From contig DAINDD010000001.1 in assembly GCA_036732045.1 (NCBI GenBank), forward strand, positions 60,828 through 122,729: a DNA stretch of 61,902 bases, given 5' to 3'. This DNA is from Chloroflexota bacterium. GTDB taxonomy: Bacteria > Chloroflexota > Dehalococcoidia > SM23-28-2 > RBG-16-64-32. Position numbers and translations under genes: made by a program. Positions 18,205-27,449 of the stretch are shown one piece after another (the stretch's first letter is position 1; each line of letters begins with the position of its first letter). The notes under the pieces are model-generated. The model saw only the letters and a program-made list of their open reading frames with translations. It had not been told where the DNA came from and made no database searches.

Positions 18205-19479
18205 CTAGCGGCCGTTCTCGCCGTCATCCTTCCTGGCCTCATGTTTGACGACGCGCACCTTCTTGATCCGCCGGCCCGCCACGCTCAACACCTTGAGGCT
18301 GACGCCGTCGAACTGCACCGTGTCGCCCACACTTGGCATGCGGCCTAACTCGTTCACGATGAAGCCGCCCACACTGTCGAAGTCCTGCTTCGGAAGCTCG
18401 GTGTCGAACATCTCGTTCAGGTCGTCGATGCCGACGCCGCCGTCAACGATCGCCTCGTTCTCGTTCAATTGCTGGACAGGCTGCTCCTCGAAGTCGAACT
18501 CGTCCTGGATCTCGCCGACGATCTCTTCGATCAGGTCTTCCAGCGTGATGAGGCCCGCCGTCCCGCCGTACTCGTCGACGACAATCGCCATCGAGACGCG
18601 GTTCTGTTTCATCTCGGCCAGCAGCTCATGGACGCGCTTGCTTTCGGGGACGACGTGTGCCGGCCGAAGGATATCCCGCACGAGTGGGCGCGTCTTGCCG
18701 TTGATCAGGTGGCGCATCATCTCTTTGGCGTGCGCGATGCCCAGAATGTGGTCGATGTCGCCTTCGTAGACGGGGGCGCGGCTGACGCCCTGCTCCACCA
18801 TCACGGCGGCGAGCTTATCGAACCCATCATCGGCGTTCACGGCGATGATGTCCGGCCGCGGCACCATTACCTCGCGGACGGAAGTGAACTCCAGGTCCAT
18901 CACGCCGCGGATCATTTCGCGCTCCGCGTCCGGCAGAGCCGCGCTGGCATCTTCCATCTCGGTGACCATGATCATCTCTTCGGCCGCCGCCTCGTTCGCC
19001 GGATGGTACCGGTGCATAGCGTGGAAGACAGCGCCCATCGGCGCATCGATCAACAGGACCGGTATGCGGAACAGGAACCGGATCGTCGCCACGAGCGGCC
19101 GCGTCGCGACCATCCAGGCGTGGGGGTCGCGGGCGACCAGCGTCCGCGTGAGCCCCTGCAGCAGCACGAAACCCGTGGCCGTTACGACGATGGTGATGGC
19201 CAATGCCGGCCAGGCGTCCGACGCCTCGCGCAGCACGAGGTACGTCGCGACGCCGGTCACGCCCACCGAGGCCAGGTTACGGGCCAGCGAGAGCGATGAC
19301 AGCGTCACCTGCCGCTCCTGGTAGAAGCGTCGCAGCGCCTCGACGCGGGTCTCGGCCGGCTCCCTCAGCGCGCGCTCCCGTACGCCGGCGATGACCCCGG
19401 CTTCCCCGGCGCCGATCAGCACGAGTGTGAGGATGCCGGCAGCAAGCATGACCGCTGCAACCAGGCCGTTGCTATCCAT
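18205..19479 (-). CDS. Hemolysin/CorC-HlyC family protein (membrane domain + CBS pair + CorC)
   Basis: [56 protein letters not shown]. Confidence 0.9.
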   Translation of the reverse strand: MDSNGLVAAVMLAAGILTLVLIGAGEAGVIAGVRERALREPAETRVEALRRFYQERQVTLSSLSLARNLASVGVTGVATYLVLREASDAWPALAITIVVTATGFVLLQGLTRTLVARDPHAWMVATRPLVATIRFLFRIPVLLIDAPMGAVFHAMHRYHPANEAAAEEMIMVTEMEDASAALPDAEREMIRGVMDLEFTSVREVMVPRPDIIAVNADDGFDKLAAVMVEQGVSRAPVYEGDIDHILGIAHAKEMMRHLINGKTRPLVRDILRPAHVVPESKRVHELLAEMKQNRVSMAIVVDEYGGTAGLITLEDLIEEIVGEIQDEFDFEEQPVQQLNENEAIVDGGVGIDDLNEMFDTELPKQDFDSVGGFIVNELGRMPSVGDTVQFDGVSLKVLSVAGRRIKKVRVVKHEARKDDGENGR

Positions 19480-20200
19480 GACCGTCCCGCTTCTTGCTGC
19501 CGCCGTGCAGCGGGCGCGCCGGCACCCCCGCAACTTGCTGCCCGGCCGCAACATCGCCCGTAACCACGGAGCCCGCACCCGTCGTCGCGCCCTTGCCGAT
19601 GCGTACCGGCGCCACGAGCATCGTGTCGCTGCCGATAAATGCGCCGTCTTCGACGATCGTCTTGTGCTTGGCTGTGCCGTCGTAGTTGCACGTGATCGTA
19701 CCTGCGCCGATGTTGACCTCCGCGCCTATCTCCGCGTCGCCGATATAACTGAAGTGGCCAGCCTTCGTCCCACGGCCGATCCGCGAGGCTTTGACCTCGA
19801 CGAAGTTGCCCAGGTGGACGCCGGCCTCGACATGCGTGCCGGCGCGCAGATGGCTGTACGGCCCGACGTCGACGCCGTCCTCCAGCTTCGAGTCTTCGAC
19901 GACCGACGCGAAGACGATGCACCGGTCTGAGATCCGCGATCCGCTGATTACCGTGTTCGGCCCGATCCGGCAGTCGCGCCCGATCGTAGTCTCGCCGCGG
20001 ACCGTCGTGTTCGGCTCGATCACGGTGCCGGAGCCGATCTGCACGCCCGGCTCGAGGTATGTCGTGGCCGCATCGATGATCGTTACGCCCGATACTTCGT
20101 GTCGCGCGCACTCCGCCAGCCGGGTCTCCAACTGCGCCCGCAGCGAGGCGAGCGCGCCCGGTTTGTGCCCGGTCTCTTGCTCAGACAACGAGTCAGCCAT
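19472..20200 (-). CDS. Stand-alone GlmU C-terminal acetyltransferase (left-handed beta-helix)
   Basis: [57 protein letters not shown]; no uridyltransferase domain. Confidence 0.85.
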   Translation of the reverse strand: MADSLSEQETGHKPGALASLRAQLETRLAECARHEVSGVTIIDAATTYLEPGVQIGSGTVIEPNTTVRGETTIGRDCRIGPNTVISGSRISDRCIVFASVVEDSKLEDGVDVGPYSHLRAGTHVEAGVHLGNFVEVKASRIGRGTKAGHFSYIGDAEIGAEVNIGAGTITCNYDGTAKHKTIVEDGAFIGSDTMLVAPVRIGKGATTGAGSVVTGDVAAGQQVAGVPARPLHGGSKKRDGHG

Positions 20201-20352
20201 GCTAGATCGCCGTCCGTCGCGGGCGTGTCGGCACGAGGCGTGCGCATCCTCTGGAGGTGAAGCCGGTATGCGGAGGTTCCGGCGGATTAGGGGGTTCGCT
20301 GGCGTCCAATCGCAGCTCTTCTTACACTCGGCCTTCGCGGCCTGTACGGAGA

Positions 20353-20382
20353 ATGTTAGTGGCGACGGCGAAAACCTGTCAA
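20353..20382 (-). promoter_or_regulatory. Sigma70-like promoter upstream of the GlmU C-terminal gene
   Basis: Minus strand TTGACA-18 nt-TAACAT. Confidence 0.5.
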
Positions 20383-20475
20383 CTTACGCGAAAGAAGTCA
20401 GATGCAGAATGACGGAAGAACACGAACCACCTCTTTCTTTCCTTCCGCCTCCCGCTCACCCGTATAATCGCTTTG

Positions 20476-23400
20476 GTGAACCCACACGAACTGCGCGAAG
20501 CCTTCCTGCGCTTCTTCGAGGAGCGAGGCCATCGCCGCGTGCCCGGCGCGCCCATCGTCGCCACCGACGATGACCCGACGTTGTTCTTCACGAGCGCAGG
20601 CATGGTGCCGTTCAAACCGTATTTCATGGGCCAAGCCAATCCACCCTGGACGCGCGCGGTATCGGTACAGAAGTGTTTTCGAGTCAGCGATATCGAGTCC
20701 GTTGGGGACACCTCGCACCTCACGTTCTTCGAGATGCTGGGCAATTTCAGCTTCGGCGACTACTTCAAGGCCGAGGTCATTCCTTGGGCGCACGAGTTCC
20801 TGACGCAGGTGCTGAAGCTGCCGGCCGAGCGTCTCTGGCCGGCGATCTTCCAGGACGACCACGAGGCGTTCGATCTCTGGCGCAAGCAGGGTTTCGCGGC
20901 CGAGCGGATCATGCGCTACGGCGAAGAGGACAACTACTGGTTCTCCGGAGACGTTGGTCCCTGCGGCCCCGACTCCGAGATCCACTACGACTTCGGCGAG
21001 CAGTTTGGCTGCGGTCCGGACTGTCACCCCTCGCACGGACACGACCGCTTCGTCGAGATCTGGAACCTCGTCTTCATGACCTACTACTGCGACGGCGAAA
21101 AGCGCGAGCTGCTGCCGAAGAAGAACATCGACACCGGCTCCGGCTTCGAGCGCGTGATGTCGGTGCTTCTGCACAACGCTCCAGGCTGGGACAAGAACAA
21201 GATTCCGTCCGTTTACGAAACCGAGGTCTTCGCGCCGCTGATCCGCCGCATCGAGCAACTATCCCTCAAGCACTACGGCGCCGATGAAGCCAGCGACCGC
21301 GCAATCCGCATCGTCGCCGAGCACGCGCGCGCCGTCACGTTCCTCATCGGCGACGAGCGCACGCCCGTCATCCCTTCGAACGAAGAGCGGGGCTACGTCT
21401 GCCGCCGGATGCTGCGACGGGCGGTCTACTTTGGCCGCCGTCACCTCGGCATCGAAGAGCCATTCATGGCCGACCTGGCGAACACGGTTGTCAAAATGAT
21501 GAAGGACTCGTACCCAGAGCTCCTTCGCCAGCGTCAATTCGTCGCAAATATTGTGGCCCCTGAAGAGCAGCGCTTCGACCAGACGCTGCAGCGTGGTCTA
21601 GGCATCCTTGAATACGTAATCCGCTTGCGAAAGTTCGTCGCAGCGAAGTTTAGGCCAGTCGAGGATCACTGGGAGGATTGGTTCCGAATTTCTCAGCGTC
21701 CTGCTGAACTGATGGCCACTGTCGGACACGTTGAGCTGGACGAATTTCTTACAGAGATTCTGCCGCTGATCGTCACAATCTTCGAAGAGAATGAGCGGAC
21801 GGATGATTCTCTCGCGAAACGCGCGTTCACAACGAGTGGCGGTCTTTCGTCGGTGGCGATGCTCGAGATCAGCGGCGCGGCGTTCAAGCTACAAGACTGG
21901 CTCAAGGATTGGCGCAAGAAATTGAGCTCAGGCGAGGTGGCGTTCGATCCGACAGATTTGCGCAAGCGAGTCGCTGAATTCAAGCGTATCGTGAACACGA
22001 TCTCAGGTGGCGAAGCATTTGAACTTCATGATACCTACGGTTTCCCGATCGACCTAACGCGTGACATCGCCGAACAGAACGGCTTCACCGTTGATATCGC
22101 TGGCTTCGACGAAGAGATGAGGCAACAGCGGGAGCGTGGTAGGGCTCAGTTCAAAGGCGCGGAGAGGGTCGCTGCGGACACGCTCTACGCCTCCCTCGTC
22201 GCTAATCCGACGCAGTTCACCGGCTACCAAGAGTTGGAAACGAAATCAAAGATCGTGGCGCTCCTTCTTACGTCAGATGTTGTCGACACGTTGCGGCGGA
22301 CGCACGCCGACGAGTTACCGGATTCGGTTCCGCAAGTCGCTGAGGAGGCGGGTTCTAGGCAAGACGTCGAAGTCTTTCTCGCCGCCACGCCGCTCTATCC
22401 CGAAGGCGGCGGCCAGGTTGGGGATCGCGGCGAGATCGTCGGGCCGGACGGGCGGGTCGAAGTGCTGGACACGCAGCGTGTCGCCGGCAAGCTGATCATC
22501 CACCGCGGCCGCGTCGCGGAAGGCCGTATCGCCGTCGGCGACGAGGTGACCGCGCGCGTCGATCCGGCGCACCGGGGCAACACCAAGCGCAACCACACCG
22601 CCACGCACCTGTTGCACGCCGCGCTTCGAGACGTCATCGGCCCGCACGTGCGCCAGGCGGGTTCGCTCGTGGCGCCGGACCACCTTCGCTTCGACTTCAC
22701 CCACACCGAAGCGGTCACGCCGGAGCAGCTCGCCGGCGTCGAGTCGCTGGTAAACGAGAAGGTTCGGCAGGACGTGCCAGTGCACACCCGCGAGACGTCG
22801 TTCGACGAGGCGATTGGGGAGGGCGTGCTCGCCTTCTTCGGCGACAAGTACGGCGACCGCGTCCGCGTCGTTGAGGTAAACACGGTTGTCCCGCGGTTCA
22901 GCGCAGAGCTCTGCGGCGGCACCCACTGCGAGCGCACGGGTGAGATCGGCGCGATCATCATCACCGGCGAGTCGTCCATCGGCTCCGGCATGCGCCGCAT
23001 CGAAGCTCTGACCGGCGCTGGCGCGGAACTTCACATCCGGGAACAGGAGCAACTGATCGAAGGTGTTGCCAAGGGGCTAGGCGTGCCACGACGCTCGCTT
23101 AGGCAGAAGATAGATTCGTTGATTAAAGAACGCGAGGATCATCTTAGGCAGATTCAGAAACTTACAATAGCGATGGCACACAACCCATCGCTCGGACATA
23201 TCAGTTGGAATGCCTCTGATGTTGAGGGGATAGAGGTAAGGACGCTGTCGACTGAAGTTCCTAGTGTTGATGCCTTACGGTACTTCGCAGACAGCATTCG
23301 CAAACAGTTCCCCACGGCTGTCAGCGTGGTCGGTGCGGTCGTAGACGACAAGCCAATGTTCGTCGCCATCGTCCCGAAAGACGTCATCGAGCGCGGGGTC

Positions 23401-23556
23401 CACGCCGGCAACCTGCTGAAGCGCGTCGCGGCCGTCGCCGGAGGTAGCGCGGGCGGGCGGCCGGACATGGCACAAGGCGGCGGCAAGGACGTCGCGAAAC
23501 TAGATGAGGCGCTGGCCGTCGTCCCTGGTGCGGTGCGCGAAATGCTGGGAGGCTAG
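20476..23556 (+). CDS. alaS: Alanine-tRNA ligase with large internal insertion
   Basis: LFFTSAGMVPFK, HLTFFEMLGNFS, EIWNLVFM, FELHDTYGFP, NHTATHLLH, ELCGGTH, GGRPDMAQGGG; TATAAT 7 nt before GTG. Confidence 0.97.
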   Translation: MNPHELREAFLRFFEERGHRRVPGAPIVATDDDPTLFFTSAGMVPFKPYFMGQANPPWTRAVSVQKCFRVSDIESVGDTSHLTFFEMLGNFSFGDYFKAEVIPWAHEFLTQVLKLPAERLWPAIFQDDHEAFDLWRKQGFAAERIMRYGEEDNYWFSGDVGPCGPDSEIHYDFGEQFGCGPDCHPSHGHDRFVEIWNLVFMTYYCDGEKRELLPKKNIDTGSGFERVMSVLLHNAPGWDKNKIPSVYETEVFAPLIRRIEQLSLKHYGADEASDRAIRIVAEHARAVTFLIGDERTPVIPSNEERGYVCRRMLRRAVYFGRRHLGIEEPFMADLANTVVKMMKDSYPELLRQRQFVANIVAPEEQRFDQTLQRGLGILEYVIRLRKFVAAKFRPVEDHWEDWFRISQRPAELMATVGHVELDEFLTEILPLIVTIFEENERTDDSLAKRAFTTSGGLSSVAMLEISGAAFKLQDWLKDWRKKLSSGEVAFDPTDLRKRVAEFKRIVNTISGGEAFELHDTYGFPIDLTRDIAEQNGFTVDIAGFDEEMRQQRERGRAQFKGAERVAADTLYASLVANPTQFTGYQELETKSKIVALLLTSDVVDTLRRTHADELPDSVPQVAEEAGSRQDVEVFLAATPLYPEGGGQVGDRGEIVGPDGRVEVLDTQRVAGKLIIHRGRVAEGRIAVGDEVTARVDPAHRGNTKRNHTATHLLHAALRDVIGPHVRQAGSLVAPDHLRFDFTHTEAVTPEQLAGVESLVNEKVRQDVPVHTRETSFDEAIGEGVLAFFGDKYGDRVRVVEVNTVVPRFSAELCGGTHCERTGEIGAIIITGESSIGSGMRRIEALTGAGAELHIREQEQLIEGVAKGLGVPRRSLRQKIDSLIKEREDHLRQIQKLTIAMAHNPSLGHISWNASDVEGIEVRTLSTEVPSVDALRYFADSIRKQFPTAVSVVGAVVDDKPMFVAIVPKDVIERGVHAGNLLKRVAAVAGGSAGGRPDMAQGGGKDVAKLDEALAVVPGAVREMLGG

Positions 23557-23558
23557 AG

Positions 23559-23852
23559 ATGGCGGACCAAGACCAGATCATGACACAACATCCGCAGGGC
23601 AAGCGGGGCGTCAACATCAGCCGCGCCAAGTACGACAAGATCCGCGCTGGGATCCTCGATGCACTACGCAAGGAAGGCCCGTTGATCACGACCGAACTGA
23701 TCGGTCATGTGTCCCTCGCCCAGCCGCACTTCGAGGGGTCGATCCCCTGGTACACCGAGTCCGTCAAGCTTGACCTGGAGGCGCGCGGCGTCATCGAGCG
23801 GATACCGAAGACGAGGCCGGAGCAGTTGCGCCTAACGGGTCGCGACGGCTGA
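23559..23852 (+). CDS. Conserved hypothetical protein, probable winged helix (DUF6958-like)
   Basis: HPQGKRGVNISRAKYD...FEGSIPWYTESVKLDLEARGVIER; family recalled, not searched. Confidence 0.6.
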   Translation: MADQDQIMTQHPQGKRGVNISRAKYDKIRAGILDALRKEGPLITTELIGHVSLAQPHFEGSIPWYTESVKLDLEARGVIERIPKTRPEQLRLTGRDG

Positions 23853-24271
23853 TGCGCATCGTCGGCATCGACTTCGGGGAACGGCGCATCGGCGTCGCCG
23901 CCGCCGACGACCGCACTCGCCTGGCGATTCCGCTGACGACGGCCGAGGTGCGCGGCGACCCCGTCGATGAGCTCGTCCTCATCGCCACAGAACAGCGGGC
24001 GGAGGAGATCGTCTTCGGACTGCCGCTCTCGCTATCCGGCGCTGAGGGTCCGCAGTCCCAGCACATCCGCGAAGTCGTCGCCGCACTTTCGGAGCGAATC
24101 TCAATCCCGATCCGCCTCCATGACGAGCGACTGACGACCCGCCAGGCCGAGCGCGCGTCCCCGCGAAAGAAAGGCGTATCGAGGGCGAAGGCGGGTAGCC
24201 CCGGCCGAGATGCCGTCGCCGCGGCGATCCTCCTCCAGGCCTACCTCGACTCGCAGCGGCCGTATGATTGA
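23852..24271 (+). CDS. ruvX: YqgF/RuvX family nuclease
   Basis: IVGIDFGERRIGVA, VFGLPLSLSG, HDERLTT, DAVAAAILLQAYLD. Confidence 0.95.
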   Translation: MRIVGIDFGERRIGVAAADDRTRLAIPLTTAEVRGDPVDELVLIATEQRAEEIVFGLPLSLSGAEGPQSQHIREVVAALSERISIPIRLHDERLTTRQAERASPRKKGVSRAKAGSPGRDAVAAAILLQAYLDSQRPYD

Positions 24272-24277
24272 CGCGTA

Positions 24278-25132
24278 GTGCAGTATCTCGGCGTCATCAC
24301 CGATCCCCACAAGCAGTCCACTTCACCCGCCTTGCAGCAGGCCGCGATCGATGCCCTCGGCCTCGGCATGGTATACAAGCGCTGGCCGACGCCGCCCGAT
24401 GGCCTGGCGACGCGCGTTACCGGTCTGCGCGCACCGTCCGTCCTCGGCGCGAATGTCACGATTCCCTACAAAGAGGCCGTGATGCCGATGCTGGACGAGC
24501 TCGACCCGCTGGCGCAGTGCGTCGGCGCGGTCAACACGATCGTTAATCGCGAAGGCCGCCTGTCCGGCTACAACACGGACGTCGGAGGCTTTTTGCGCGC
24601 GCTGCGAGACGACGCTGGCTTCGATTCGCGCGGCTGCGATGCGGTTATCGCCGGCGCCGGGGGGGCGGCCCGTGCTGTCGTCGTCGCCCTGATCGAGTCG
24701 GGCGCGGCCTCGATCGCCGTCCTGAATCGCTCGGCGGAGCGTGCTCAGCGGCTGGTCGACGACCTCTCGCCGCACGCCGGTGGTACCTGGCTCGAAGCGC
24801 TACCGGCCGCGCCTGGAAGCTGGGCAAAGATGGCTCCGCGTGCACAGCTATTGGTAAACTGTACATCGGTTGGCATGGCCGACTCGTCGCAGGACGCATC
24901 ACCTGTGCCCTCCGGCCTGATCCGCCCGGAAATGCTCGTGTTCGACCTCATCTACCGTCCCCTCGAGACCCGGTTGCTGCGCGACGCGCGGGCTAGCGGT
25001 GCGTGCGTGCTGGGCGGTCTGCCGATGCTCGTCTACCAGGGCGCGGCGTCGTTCAAGATCTGGACCGGCCAAGAGGCGCCGATCGACATAATGCTGGACG
25101 CGGCCCGCAAGGTGCTGGCGGAGAACGCCTGA
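24278..25132 (+). CDS. aroE: Shikimate dehydrogenase
   Basis: GANVTIPYKE, GAVNT, GYNTDVGGF, GAGGAARA, LVNCTSVGM, GLPMLVYQGA. Confidence 0.95.
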   Translation: MQYLGVITDPHKQSTSPALQQAAIDALGLGMVYKRWPTPPDGLATRVTGLRAPSVLGANVTIPYKEAVMPMLDELDPLAQCVGAVNTIVNREGRLSGYNTDVGGFLRALRDDAGFDSRGCDAVIAGAGGAARAVVVALIESGAASIAVLNRSAERAQRLVDDLSPHAGGTWLEALPAAPGSWAKMAPRAQLLVNCTSVGMADSSQDASPVPSGLIRPEMLVFDLIYRPLETRLLRDARASGACVLGGLPMLVYQGAASFKIWTGQEAPIDIMLDAARKVLAENA

Positions 25133-25791
25133 TGCTGCAGTGGGCGCTCTTAGGCATCTTCATTGGCTTCCTCGGCCTTGCCTACATCATGATCCAGGGC
25201 ACTCGCGCCGCGCTCGCCTGGCGTACCGCCGCCGACAAGGGCGACCTCGACGTCATCCGTGACATCCTGGAGGACGCGCTCAAAGGCTGGTCAACCCAGA
25301 AGCGCCCGAAGCCCATTGCCCCGGAAGTCTGGCGCGGCATCCAGAGCCTGCAGCTGGCCGGCCTAGCTTCCGGCTACGTCCGCGTCTCCTGCGTCGCCGC
25401 CAGCGAGTACAAGATGCAGGACGGGCGCTGGATCGAGCTGCGCAACCCCCTGCAGGAGGGGATGGCGGTCACGGCAAAGGCCGCCGACATGCTGCTGTAC
25501 GAAGTCATCCACTACCGACCAGAGAAGCTCCAGATCGACGTCTACACCGACTACCGCGACGACTCCGGCTCGACCCGGCGCCAGTGCGTGCTCTCCACGC
25601 TGGCCAGCCGCGACCAGGCGCGCGAGATCAACTGGGAGGAGTGGACGCCGGAGCAGATCGTCGAAGCGCTGGGCGGACACTACAGCCTCGGAGACAGCGG
25701 CCGCCCCATGCCCATCGAGCCGATCGCGCCGCCGGAGCCGCCGGCCGAAGAGCAGACCGAACGCGCCGCCCCCGCGAAGGCTCGCCAGTGA
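25132..25791 (+). CDS. Hypothetical protein with N-terminal membrane anchor
   Basis: TGATG overlap with aroE and GTGA overlap with aroC; MLQWALLGIFIGFLGLAYIMI. Confidence 0.7.
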   Translation: MLQWALLGIFIGFLGLAYIMIQGTRAALAWRTAADKGDLDVIRDILEDALKGWSTQKRPKPIAPEVWRGIQSLQLAGLASGYVRVSCVAASEYKMQDGRWIELRNPLQEGMAVTAKAADMLLYEVIHYRPEKLQIDVYTDYRDDSGSTRRQCVLSTLASRDQAREINWEEWTPEQIVEALGGHYSLGDSGRPMPIEPIAPPEPPAEEQTERAAPAKARQ

Positions 25792-26960
25792 CGGAGCTGC
25801 GATTCCTCACCGCCGGCGAATCACACGGCCAGGCGCTCGTCGCGATCCTCGAGGGCATCCCCGCCGGCCTCGAGATCACCGAAGACTACATCGCCGCAGA
25901 CATGCACCGGCGCCAGGGCGGCTACGGGCGCTCGCGCCGCCAGCAGCTGGAGGTGGACCGCGCGCAGATCCTGGGCGGTGTCCGGCACGGGCGCACGTTC
26001 GGCAGCCCGATAGCCATGCTCATCGCCAACCGTGTCTGGGAGGACTGGCAAGAAGTGATGCAGGTCGGCCCTTACGATGGCGACCCGAAGAAAGTCACGC
26101 GCCTGCGCCCCGGCCATGCCGACCTCGCCGGCGCGATGAAGTACGGCTTCGACGACGTCCGCAACGTCCTCGAACGCGCCTCCGCCCGCGAGACCGCAGC
26201 GCGCGTCGCCGTCGGTGCGGTCTGCCGCCGCTTCCTGGAAGAGTTCGATGTCGCCATTCACTCGCACACGACCTCCATTGGCGACGTTTGGGCGAAAGTC
26301 GAAGGGGAACCGGACTGGGTCGCCGTCGACGAGAACGCCGTCCGCAGCGCCGACCCCGAAGCCGGCGAGCGCATGGTTCGCGCAATCGACGCCGCGAAAG
26401 AGGCCGGCGATACGCTGGGAGGTACCTTCGAGATGTGGGCCACCGGCGTCCCGATCGGCCTCGGCTCGCATGTGCAATGGGACCGCAAGCTGGACGGCCA
26501 ACTCGCCCAGGCCGTGATGAGCATCCACGCCACGAAGGGTGTCGAGATCGGGGCCGGTTTCAGCGTCGCCGAAGGCCCCGGTTCCGAAGCGCACGACGTT
26601 ATCCTGCCGCCGGAACGTTGGGGCGGCCGCCCCTGGCGCCGGGAGACAAACCGCGCCGGCGGCCTCGAAGGCGGGATGACCAACGGCGAGCCGGTCATCG
26701 TGCGCGGCGCCCTCAAGCCGATCTCCACGCTCTCCCGCCCGCTGCCGTCCGTCGACCTGCACACCGCCGAGCCGATCCAGGCCCACTACGAGCGCTCCGA
26801 CGTCTGTACCGTCCCCGCAGCCGGCGTAATCGGCGAAGCGATGGTGGCGATCGTCCTGGCGCGCGCCGTCCTCGAGAAGTTCGGCGGCGACTCCCTCGCC
26901 GAGACGAACCGCAACTTCGAGGCTTACCGGCAGACGATCGGCCCGCGGGGCCAGGCCTAA
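25788..26960 (+). CDS. aroC: Chorismate synthase
   Basis: LRFLTAGESHG, RRQGGYGRSRR, RPGHADL, ERASARETAARVA, NRAGGLEGGMTNG, ERSDVCTVPAA. Confidence 0.98.
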   Translation: MTELRFLTAGESHGQALVAILEGIPAGLEITEDYIAADMHRRQGGYGRSRRQQLEVDRAQILGGVRHGRTFGSPIAMLIANRVWEDWQEVMQVGPYDGDPKKVTRLRPGHADLAGAMKYGFDDVRNVLERASARETAARVAVGAVCRRFLEEFDVAIHSHTTSIGDVWAKVEGEPDWVAVDENAVRSADPEAGERMVRAIDAAKEAGDTLGGTFEMWATGVPIGLGSHVQWDRKLDGQLAQAVMSIHATKGVEIGAGFSVAEGPGSEAHDVILPPERWGGRPWRRETNRAGGLEGGMTNGEPVIVRGALKPISTLSRPLPSVDLHTAEPIQAHYERSDVCTVPAAGVIGEAMVAIVLARAVLEKFGGDSLAETNRNFEAYRQTIGPRGQA

Positions 26961-26969
26961 CCAACGGCA

Positions 26970-27425
26970 TTGGCGTACGAGCTCCGCGAGGGCGACTACG
27001 TCGTCAGCGACGACCCGGCCCGCCTCGACATCGCCTACGTCCACGGATTCCTTACGACGAGCTACTGGTCGCTCGGCATCCCCCGCGACGTTGTCGCGCG
27101 CGCCATCGCCGGCTCGCTCCCGTTCGGCCTATACGACGGCACTGGCGCGCAAGCCGGCTTCGCGCGCGTCATCACGGACCGTGCCACCTACGCCTACGTC
27201 GCCGATGTCTTCGTCGTCGAGGGCTCCCGGGGCAAGGGACTCGGCAAACTGCTGATGCGGGCGATCATGTTCCATCCCGATCTGCAGGGACTCCGGCGCT
27301 GGTCACTCGCCACCCGCGACGCACACGGCCTATACCAGCAGTTCGGGTTCCGCGCCCTCGCGCACCCGGAGCGTTTCATGGAGATCGCCGACCCGGACGT
27401 CTATCGACGCAAGCCACCGGCCTGA
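26970..27425 (+). CDS. GNAT family N-acetyltransferase
   Basis: FARVITDRATYAYVADVFV, RGKGLGK, LATRDAHGLYQQFGF. Confidence 0.9.
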   Translation: MAYELREGDYVVSDDPARLDIAYVHGFLTTSYWSLGIPRDVVARAIAGSLPFGLYDGTGAQAGFARVITDRATYAYVADVFVVEGSRGKGLGKLLMRAIMFHPDLQGLRRWSLATRDAHGLYQQFGFRALAHPERFMEIADPDVYRRKPPA

Positions 27426-27449
27426 CGAGGCGTTAAACTTCGTACACCG

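Noticed and set aside
21601-21996. Intein in AlaS
   Set aside because: No N-terminal Cys/Ser block, no His-Asn end followed by C/S/T, no LAGLIDADG motifs
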